DNA of 64,000 bases, taken from contig JAZRSO010000002.1 in the NCBI GenBank assembly GCA_045651525.1, positions 4,837 through 68,836 on the forward strand. The letters are read 5' to 3'. This document shows, one piece after another, positions 1 to 7,196 of this stretch (position 1 is the first letter of the stretch; the number at the start of each line of letters is the position of its first letter). Below the pieces are notes generated by a model. It saw only the letters and a list, made by a program, of their open reading frames with translations, was not told the DNA's origin and did no database searches. The translations under genes were made by a program, and so were the position numbers. Origin of the DNA: Candidatus Enterousia sp. GTDB lineage: Bacteria > Pseudomonadota > Alphaproteobacteria > Rs-D84.

Positions 1-828
1 TATCAAATCATAATTCAGGCGATATTTATCCAAACCTTCGAAACTGGCGGTTTCGCCTGTCCATAATTTGCCATCAAAAGACAATGGAATACGTTTATAG
101 AATACAGACAGAATTTCTGTATCAGACATACCACGGATTGATGTTTTACGTGGTTCTGCCAACCATTTCTTTTCATCTTCGGCCGCAGGTAAGCAACGCA
201 ATAATACAGTGGCTGGAACCTTGCGACGACGATCGATACGTACATAGATAACACCCTTGGATTCTTCAAAATCAATCCAAGAACCGTGTTCTGGAATAAT
301 ACGCGCAGTGTATGTGATTGGGTTTCCAGCAACTTTTGCTTCTTTTGTTGTTGCAAACACAACGCCCTGGGCGCGATGCATCTGTGAAACGATAACACGT
401 TCAACACCAGCTGCGATAAAGCTGCCACGTTCTGTCATCAGTGGCACTTCGCCCATAAATATTTCTTGTTCCTTGATATCGCGAAGGGTCTTTTTGCCAT
501 CTTCTGCGACGTCCCATAAAATCAATCTCAGCTTCAATTTCAACTTGCTGGAATATGTCAAGTTACGCAACATGCATTCTTTTACATTGTAAACTGGCTT
601 ATCCAGTGTATATTCCACAAATTCCAGGTCGGCAATGCCGGCATAGTCTTTGATTGGGAACATAGAAGAGAATACATTTTGCAATCCCATATTTTTGCGG
701 GATTGTGGTTCAACATCTGCCTGCAAGAAATCTTTGTAGGAATCATATTGAATTTCAACTAAATCAGGAAGCGGAGTTTGCAAAAAACTTTTACCAAAAG
801 ATTTTCTAAATTTCTGGATAACTGCCAT
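1..828 (-). CDS. rpoB: RNA polymerase beta subunit, 5' part (runs off window start)
   Basis: Manual translation from ATG at 828: MAVIQKFRKSFGKSFLQTPLPDLVEIQYDSYKDFLQAD; later GEVPLMTERGSFIAAGVERVIVSQMHRAQG; lies downstream of rplL. Confidence 0.97.
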   Translation of the reverse strand, partial: MAVIQKFRKSFGKSFLQTPLPDLVEIQYDSYKDFLQADVEPQSRKNMGLQNVFSSMFPIKDYAGIADLEFVEYTLDKPVYNVKECMLRNLTYSSKLKLKLRLILWDVAEDGKKTLRDIKEQEIFMGEVPLMTERGSFIAAGVERVIVSQMHRAQGVVFATTKEAKVAGNPITYTARIIPEHGSWIDFEESKGVIYVRIDRRRKVPATVLLRCLPAAEDEKKWLAEPRKTSIRGMSDTEILSVFYKRIPLSFDGKLWTGETASFEGLDKYRLNYDLI

Positions 829-1015
829 CTGTTTTAATCCTTTTTTTTGTGCGTTTTGTGCAAACGGTTGCGACATGTTATGTCACGACTTTTTGTGTTT
901 GTGCCTTTTTACGCCTTTGTGCCCGTATGGGAAATTATCCCACACGGGCGGCGTTTTGTTGTATTTTCATACAACTTATTTTTTCAGAACCATTCGGTTC
1001 TGGGGGTGCGTTGAA

Positions 1016-1381
1016 TTATTTCAATTCAACTTTTGCACCTGCTGCTTCTAACGCTGCTTTCAATTTTTCAGCTTCGTCTTTTGCAACAGCTTCTTTAACT
1101 GCCTTTGGTGCAGATTCAACCAATGTTTTTGCTTCACCTAAGCCCAAGCCAGTTGCTTCTTTAACAGCCTTGATAACTGCCAATTTGTTTGCACCAACTT
1201 CTGCCAAGACAACGTTAAATTCTGTCTTTTCTTCTGCAGCAGCAGCAACAGGACCAGCAGCAACTGCAACAGCAGCGGCAGCACTTACGCCCCATGTTTC
1301 TTCTAATGCTTTGGACAGTTCAACTGCTTCCAAAACAGTCAATTTTGACAATTCTTCAACTAATTTTTGAATGTCTGCCAT
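1016..1381 (-). CDS. rplL: 50S ribosomal protein L7/L12
   Basis: [23 protein letters not shown]...[24 protein letters not shown]...[11 protein letters not shown]. Confidence 0.99.
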   Translation of the reverse strand: MADIQKLVEELSKLTVLEAVELSKALEETWGVSAAAAVAVAAGPVAAAAEEKTEFNVVLAEVGANKLAVIKAVKEATGLGLGEAKTLVESAPKAVKEAVAKDEAEKLKAALEAAGAKVELK

Positions 1382-1431
1382 TTTATTTACTCCTATTCTT
1401 TAGGTAGGTCAGAATATTTGATATTCTGAGT

Positions 1432-1911
1432 TTATTGTTCTTTTTTTCCATACTCTGCTGAAACGCGTGCAAGACGTGAACCTGGTTCAACCAAGATACG
1501 CGCAATAGTGCCACGGATTTCCAACAGGGAAGGAAGCTTGGATAATTGCAATACGCCGTTCACATCCAGAACGTCTGCATCCATTTTACCGCCCAAAATT
1601 GTCAAATTTGGATGTTCTTCTGCAAATTTGGCCAAAACTTTGGTTACTGCCAAACCGTCAGTTGCAACAGCAACAGCTGTTGGACGTTTCAGCATATCAG
1701 ATACAGGTTCAAAGTCAGTGTCTTTTAACGCCAACTTCATCAAACGGTTTTTGACCACTTTGAATACAGAAACCAATGGGCGCAATTCATTACGCAGGGT
1801 TTCAAATTCTTTTACAGTCAAACCATTGTTTTCAATAACGAAAACACCGTTTGCATCTTTCAGGGACGACTGCAACGCTGAAATCAAATCTGATTTTTCT
1901 TCGCGTCTCAT
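1432..1911 (-). CDS. rplJ: 50S ribosomal protein L10
   Basis: GLTVKEFETLR, KVVKNRLMKLA, LSKLPSL motifs; between rplA and rplL. Confidence 0.97.
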   Translation of the reverse strand: MRREEKSDLISALQSSLKDANGVFVIENNGLTVKEFETLRNELRPLVSVFKVVKNRLMKLALKDTDFEPVSDMLKRPTAVAVATDGLAVTKVLAKFAEEHPNLTILGGKMDADVLDVNGVLQLSKLPSLLEIRGTIARILVEPGSRLARVSAEYGKKEQ

Positions 1912-2004
1912 CTATTTTTCCTTCAAGCTTCTGTTTTGTTTAACTTTCCATCCAAGGTCGCCCTTGGGTGGGGCTTTGGTTCCTGCCCCAAAGAATTTTT
2001 TCTT

Positions 2005-2050
2005 TGTCTATGATGGAAATTAAGTGTTGCCACACCATCAGTCTTGGACA
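2005..2050 (-). promoter_or_regulatory. L10 leader (rplJ autoregulatory RNA)
   Basis: Minus strand TGTCCAAGACTGATGG...TTAATTTCCATCATAGACA resembles the L10-leader hairpin pattern; located in the rplA-rplJ spacer. Confidence 0.8.
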
Positions 2051-2096
2051 GAAATCTTGTTTTGCGACCAGAGCATTATGCCCCAATCGCATTTAA

Positions 2097-2771
2097 TTAT
2101 TTTGCATCTACTTTCAGACCTGGGCCCTGTGTTGTTGCAACAGAAATACCCAAGATATATTGACCCTTGGCGGATGCAGGTTTAATTTTCTTTAACTGGT
2201 CAATCAAGGCAGTTGCATTTTCAACCAATTTTGCGGTTTCAAATGACATTTTACCAATACCAGCGTGGATAATACCTTTCTTTTCAGCACGGTATTCAAT
2301 TTGACCAGCCTTGGCTGTTGCAACAGCGTCTGCAACGTTGTTTGTAACAGTTCCCAATTTTGGATTCGGCATCAAGCCCTTTGGTCCCAAAACACGTGCG
2401 ATTTTGGACATTTTTGGCATCATGTCTGGTGTTGCGATAACACGGTCAAAGTTGATATTGCCAGCAGCCACAGAATCAATCAATTCTTCGCCACCAACAA
2501 CGTCTGCACCGGCTTTTTTTGCTTCTTCAGCTGCGTTTGCTGTAAATACTGCAACGCGAACTGATTTACCAGTGCCATTTGGCAAGGACAACATACCACG
2601 AATATTTTGGTCAGCCTTGGTTACGTCAATTCCCAAACGAATTGCGATTTCCAATGTTTCATCAAATTTCTTGGATGCATATTCACGCAAAACTTCAATC
2701 GCATCAGCCAAAGCATATACTTTGTCTGTGTCCAAGTTTTTCCAAGTTTGCTGTTTCTTTGTCAGTTTCAT
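2097..2771 (-). CDS. rplA: 50S ribosomal protein L1
   Basis: KFDETLEIAIRLG, LPNGTGK, LGPKGLMPNPKLGTVT. Confidence 0.99.
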   Translation of the reverse strand: MKLTKKQQTWKNLDTDKVYALADAIEVLREYASKKFDETLEIAIRLGIDVTKADQNIRGMLSLPNGTGKSVRVAVFTANAAEEAKKAGADVVGGEELIDSVAAGNINFDRVIATPDMMPKMSKIARVLGPKGLMPNPKLGTVTNNVADAVATAKAGQIEYRAEKKGIIHAGIGKMSFETAKLVENATALIDQLKKIKPASAKGQYILGISVATTQGPGLKVDAK

Positions 2772-2775
2772 GATA

Positions 2776-3207
2776 TTATTCCTCCACCTTTACGCCCATT
2801 GAACGGCATTGACCTGCAACGATATTCATAGCAGATTCAATGGCAGAGCAATTTAAGTCCGGCATTTTTGCTTCGGCAATTTCTTTGATTTGTGCCTTGG
2901 TCAATGTACCAATAAAATCACGGCCTGGTTTATGAGAACCGATTTTTGCCTTTAATGCTTTTTTAATATAATATGATACAGGTGGCAATTTCATAATGAA
3001 TTCGAAACTGCGATCTGTGTAAACAGTGATAATACATGGAATTGGCATTCCAGGTTCTTTATCAGATGTTTTATCATTAAACTGTTTGCAGAATTCTGCG
3101 ATATTTACACCAGCAGCACCCAACGCTGGACCAATTGGTGGCGCAGGATTCGCTTGTTTTGCAGGGACGACCAACTTGACCAATCCCTTAACTTCTTTTT
3201 TTGCCAT
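2776..3207 (-). CDS. rplK: 50S ribosomal protein L11
   Basis: ANPAPPIGPALGAAGVNIAEFCKQFN, KMPDLN. Confidence 0.99.
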   Translation of the reverse strand: MAKKEVKGLVKLVVPAKQANPAPPIGPALGAAGVNIAEFCKQFNDKTSDKEPGMPIPCIITVYTDRSFEFIMKLPPVSYYIKKALKAKIGSHKPGRDFIGTLTKAQIKEIAEAKMPDLNCSAIESAMNIVAGQCRSMGVKVEE

Positions 3208-3233
3208 TTTTCACTCCGTTTTTTTCGTTTGTG

Positions 3234-3262
3234 TCGTGGTACGATATGGCGTATCTACCACG
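3234..3262 (-). promoter_or_regulatory. Putative L1-binding leader hairpin upstream of rplK
   Basis: Minus strand CGTGGTAGATACGCCATATCGTACCACG hairpin with internal loop, about 30 nt before the rplK start. Confidence 0.5.
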
Positions 3263-3309
3263 TGTTGCTGTGATTTTACTGCATTTTTTTCAGAAAACCA
3301 CAAAAAACT

Positions 3310-3504
3310 TTATCTATTTCTTACCGCCCTGTATTCTTCTAACATCTTGAACGAAGTAGCGATAATCTGTTCTCTATTTTGTTGAATACGTCGTTCTGTT
3401 TCTGGCGACAAAGTAAAACCTTTTGCCATTTTTTCAACAAAATCCAAAGAACATTTAACTTCTAACTTGCCGTCTTTTGTTCTTATTATCTGAACACCAC
3501 TCAT
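3310..3504 (-). CDS. Hypothetical small protein (64 aa)
   Basis: GAGAGG RBS before ATG; co-oriented within the nusG-rplK block. Confidence 0.6.
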   Translation of the reverse strand: MSGVQIIRTKDGKLEVKCSLDFVEKMAKGFTLSPETERRIQQNREQIIATSFKMLEEYRAVRNR

Positions 3505-3526
3505 TTTTACCTCTCATGGAACACAA

Positions 3527-3679
3527 TTACTTCATTACTTTGCTTCCCAGTTCTTGCCACGCACGTATTTGATTTTTTCTCGCCTTGTCCCAGCACTTTT
3601 CCAAATACGCACTATACTCTGTCGGTATCTGTATTCTTTCTTTTACAGAACTATCAGAAAACGACAGAAATTTTTGCAT
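3527..3679 (-). CDS. Hypothetical small protein (50 aa, not in ORF track)
   Basis: ATG 1 nt after the nusG TAA; MQKFLSFSDSSVKERIQIPTEYSAYLEKCWDKARKNQIRAWQELGSKVMK. Confidence 0.5.
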   Translation of the reverse strand: MQKFLSFSDSSVKERIQIPTEYSAYLEKCWDKARKNQIRAWQELGSKVMK

Positions 3680-3680
3680 C

Positions 3681-4220
3681 TTATACCCTTTCTACCTGAC
3701 TAAATTCCAGTTCCATACTTGTTTCACGACCAAACACCAGAACAGTTACAGTCATTTTTTGTTTTACATTATCAACATCAGACGCAACACCGTTAAAGCC
3801 AGCAAATGGTCCATCGATAACATGTACTTCTTGACCAACTTCGTACATAACATCATCTGCAACAACAGAACCTTCTTCGACCTGTTTCAACAGACGACGT
3901 GCTTCTTCTTCGCTGACCGCGATTGGTTTTTGTCTGGCGCCCAAGAACATTACAACCTGAGGAATCTGTTTAACCAATGTAAACGTTTCATTGTTCATAA
4001 CCATTTGAACAACGATATAACCCGGGAAAAACTTTTTTTCCGTTTTTACACGTTTACCCGCCTTGATTTCTGTAACCTCACGCGTTGGAACCAAGATTTC
4101 CCCAAACAACGCGTTTAAACGACGCTTGTCAATTTGTTCACGCAAGCCACGTGCGACCTTGTCTTCGCACCCAGTATGAACATTTACAACAAACCACTGC
4201 ATTTTTTCTTCCATTTGCAC
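3681..4220 (-). CDS. nusG: Transcription antitermination factor NusG
   Basis: WFVVNVHTGCE, KKFFPGYIVVQM, KOW motif VHVIDGPFAGFNG, VFGRET. Confidence 0.98.
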   Translation of the reverse strand: MQMEEKMQWFVVNVHTGCEDKVARGLREQIDKRRLNALFGEILVPTREVTEIKAGKRVKTEKKFFPGYIVVQMVMNNETFTLVKQIPQVVMFLGARQKPIAVSEEEARRLLKQVEEGSVVADDVMYEVGQEVHVIDGPFAGFNGVASDVDNVKQKMTVTVLVFGRETSMELEFSQVERV

Positions 4221-4230
4221 TTCCTTTTCC

Positions 4231-4410
4231 TTAGAAAATCCAGCCTACGATTGTGTTTAAGATACTATCAACAACAAAAAAGAACAATGTCGCCAGACCA
4301 GAAAATACCAATATTCTGATAGTTGCACTGATAACATCGTCGCGTGTTGGCCATACAATTTTAAACCATTCACTGCGAACAGACTTTAAAAATTCAAGTA
4401 TTTTCTTCAT
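4231..4410 (-). CDS. secE: Preprotein translocase subunit SecE (59 aa, not in ORF track)
   Basis: MKKILEFLKSVRSEWFKIVWPTRDDVISATIRILVFSGLATLFFFVVDSILN: E..KIVWPT motif plus TM segment; between tRNA-Trp and nusG. Confidence 0.95.
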   Translation of the reverse strand: MKKILEFLKSVRSEWFKIVWPTRDDVISATIRILVFSGLATLFFFVVDSILNTIVGWIF

Positions 4411-4451
4411 AAAAACTGCCTAAATTACGTAATTTATTTCAACCATTATCT

Positions 4452-4627
4452 TGGCAGGAGCAGAAGGAATGTTCGTTTACACTCACCACTCGTACTGATT
4501 TCGCGTCGCAATTGCTTGCAAAATCAAACTCGTATGCGAACCCAACATTTTATATATCCGGGTTCGATTCCATCAGCCAGACACCACCGCCATATTCCAA
4601 AACGCAGCGCATCTGCGTTTTGGAATA
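4452..4627 (-). repeat. tRNA-linked repeat unit downstream of tRNA-Trp
   Basis: 4452-4470 copies the tRNA 3' end 4628-4646 (18/19 nt, offset 176); perfect 19-bp inverted repeat at 4589-4607/4613-4631. Confidence 0.75.
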
Positions 4628-4701
4628 TGGCAGGGGCAGAAGGAATCGAACCCTCATCCGCGGGTTTGGGGACCGATATTCTACCGTTGAACTATGCCCC
4701 T
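4628..4701 (-). tRNA. tRNA-Trp(CCA), atypical anticodon arm
   Basis: AGGGGCA-TA-GTTC-AACGGTA-GAAT-A-TCGGT-CCCCAAA-CCCGC-GGAT-GAGGG-TTCGATT-CCTTC-TGCCCCT-G-CCA; canonical position before secE. Confidence 0.92.
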
Positions 4702-4932
4702 TTGAACACACTTATACCTGTCCGATGTACTGCATGCCAATACAACAGTCTGTGAAAGATTAGCACACGAATACAAAAAATCAAGCGGAAATATTATAAT
4801 ATTTTTCATTTAGTCTGGCAAGAACATTTTTATATGTAAATATTTTTATTTACTAAACTAAATTCATAAATTTTTACTTGCATGACACGTACTTTTTTTT
4901 CTACAATCAACATAATCAAGGGGGAGAAAATC

Positions 4933-5616
4933 GTGCAAAACCGCGTAAAACCGCCAATTTTACTATCCAGACTGTTGACCTTTGTCTTGGCAACGGCGTT
5001 GGTTGTGCTGGGCACATTGGCATTTACCATATATAAAATGTTCCCTTTGAACCGTCCGCAGATATTCTTTTTGACGACGACATTGGCAGACAATCAGGAT
5101 GTAAAACTGGTCGAAATGCAGCCTGCTAGTGAAAATTTGGATAACTATAAAAAGACTTTCGTCCAAGAATATATCAGATACAGAAATGAAGTCAGGGCCG
5201 ACGCATCAGAAATGCACAAAAAATGGAACGCAACAAACGGTATTGTTCGCACAGCATCAACAGACGAAGTCTATTCTGATTTTGCAAAAACAACATTATT
5301 TAATGATATTATGAGCAGTAGCGTACCAAATATTCCCGTACAATGTGCGGTCAGTTTTCACGGCGCACCAATGAATTTACTTACCAACGAAATAAACAAA
5401 GACACATATCAAACAAAAATTATGTATTTTTGTGCAGATAATACTGGACGACAGACCAGAAAAGATTATACAATACGTATGAAACTTATACAAGATGGCA
5501 CACAAATAAGATGGGCCGACCGTATTGAAAACCCACTTGGATTAAAAGTAGATGAATATACGGTTATGTCAGGGAACGGTGATCCGCTGGATACAGGTTT
5601 CTTGGCAATAGAATAA
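4933..5616 (+). CDS. VirB8-like type IV secretion protein
   Basis: N-terminal TM, 'FVQEYIRYR', C-terminal 'ENPLGLKVDEY' VirB8-type motif; GTG start after GGGGAG. Confidence 0.8.
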   Translation: MQNRVKPPILLSRLLTFVLATALVVLGTLAFTIYKMFPLNRPQIFFLTTTLADNQDVKLVEMQPASENLDNYKKTFVQEYIRYRNEVRADASEMHKKWNATNGIVRTASTDEVYSDFAKTTLFNDIMSSSVPNIPVQCAVSFHGAPMNLLTNEINKDTYQTKIMYFCADNTGRQTRKDYTIRMKLIQDGTQIRWADRIENPLGLKVDEYTVMSGNGDPLDTGFLAIE

Positions 5617-5639
5617 AAGCACAGGAAAGGATTGGTACG

Positions 5640-7166
5640 ATGATTTCGAAAAAGATTGGTTTAAATTTAACTGTATTCTGTTTGGCAGGTCTGTTGTCTT
5701 TGCCTGCATATACCGCTACTGAATACGGCGTACAAAGCGCATGGGACAACCCAACCGCAAATATGGCCGCCGGCAGCATTAAACCAGGGTACGCACAATT
5801 ATCTTGGTCTGCGGGGTCTGTATTACCAATCAAACTGCGAAACGGTATGGTTACAATGGTAACATTACCAAATGGTGAAAAAATTTCTGATGCCGTTGTT
5901 GGAAATACAGGTTTATTTGATATTGATGCAACCCAGGGCGACCGAACAATGTTCATTTCCCCAAAAACAGACAACCAAGGTTCTGATACTAATTTAATTG
6001 TAACCGGTGCATCTGGAAATAAATACATATTCTATTTACGCAGCGAACCATCAAATTCCAGTGAAATCACATATTCTCAGGTTGATATTACATTGGATGG
6101 CAATGGCGCATTACCAATGGCTGGCGCTGCAAGCACACCATCAGGTGGCGCAAAATCAATATTCCAAAAAAGCACACCAAAAACCGCAACTGTTGGCGCA
6201 GATGGCGAAGATTATGGTTGGATTAAGTCAATGAAGATTGACCCATCTGAATTCCGTTTTGATTTGGACATATTTGTTCCAAACCCAGACGATTATGTTA
6301 TTGCGCCTGAACGCGTTTGGCGTGACAGAATATTTACATATATCGACTTTGGCGACAAGGTTATATCTATGACCCAGCGTCCTGTTGTTTCATTGATGGT
6401 CGAAGGTGGCGAATCCCCTGTTGGATTCCGCACAGATGGCGAAGACGGCAGATTGCTGATTGTAGAGGCGGTTGGCGACATGGTTCTGCGCAGCGGCCAA
6501 AGAATCGTATGTATCAAAAAACGCGAAAAGCCATTCTTGATTGCAGATACCGCGTCCGTTATGGCATTGGCAGAGGCAAACGTTGCACAAAGTATGTTAT
6601 CTGGTCAGTCGCTGAACAATATCGCATATACAGACAGTATGGCCGCAATGAGCATGGGCGCATCATACACAGGCACACCAATGTATGTCGGTAACACTGC
6701 AACTGTTAACCCAACAACTGGCGCAGGCTATTATATGCCAGCAGGCTTTACTGTTCCACAGGCATTACCTGCGTCAAACAGTGTTGTAAATATGTTGCCA
6801 CAAGAACGAAATACTGCGGGCGCATATCTGCCACAATCTAATATTCCATTGATTACAAGCAATCAGTCGGGCGTTGCAATTGAACTAAAATCAGACACCG
6901 AAGTAAAAGCATTGGCAGATTATTGGACAAGCTTGCTGGCAAAATTTAGCGGCGAAGACGGTCAGGGTTTGTTGACACCTTATAAAGATATGGCATTCTT
7001 TGCTGTGGATGAACAGGGCGTTGGCGACCTGGGCGCACAATCTGCAACTGCGCGTCAATACCGCCTGCGTGTTGGGCCATTCGCAGATATAGATACAGCA
7101 CAAACACTGTGTGACAAACTGTTGAAATTCAGTGGCACCAGTTGCAGTGTTGTTCGTATGCAATAA
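5640..7166 (+). CDS. VirB9/TrbG-like protein with C-terminal SPOR-like domain
   Basis: Signal peptide; 'TNLIVTGASGNKYIFYL', 'IAPERVWRDRIFTYIDF..RPVV'; C-terminal 'YRLRVGPFADIDTAQTLCDKL..CSVV'. Confidence 0.8.
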   Translation: MISKKIGLNLTVFCLAGLLSLPAYTATEYGVQSAWDNPTANMAAGSIKPGYAQLSWSAGSVLPIKLRNGMVTMVTLPNGEKISDAVVGNTGLFDIDATQGDRTMFISPKTDNQGSDTNLIVTGASGNKYIFYLRSEPSNSSEITYSQVDITLDGNGALPMAGAASTPSGGAKSIFQKSTPKTATVGADGEDYGWIKSMKIDPSEFRFDLDIFVPNPDDYVIAPERVWRDRIFTYIDFGDKVISMTQRPVVSLMVEGGESPVGFRTDGEDGRLLIVEAVGDMVLRSGQRIVCIKKREKPFLIADTASVMALAEANVAQSMLSGQSLNNIAYTDSMAAMSMGASYTGTPMYVGNTATVNPTTGAGYYMPAGFTVPQALPASNSVVNMLPQERNTAGAYLPQSNIPLITSNQSGVAIELKSDTEVKALADYWTSLLAKFSGEDGQGLLTPYKDMAFFAVDEQGVGDLGAQSATARQYRLRVGPFADIDTAQTLCDKLLKFSGTSCSVVRMQ

Positions 7167-7196
7167 AATAAACATTACTACATTGTGGGTTCGCGT

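Noticed and set aside
849-2802. Long antisense ORFs over ribosomal protein genes (also over the RND gene and gyrA)
   Set aside because: Shadow frames produced by the codon bias of the real genes
4559-4592. Plus-strand tRNA-like GGTTCGATTCC...ACCA/GCCA
   Set aside because: No acceptor, D or anticodon arm can be built; treated as part of the tRNA-linked unit
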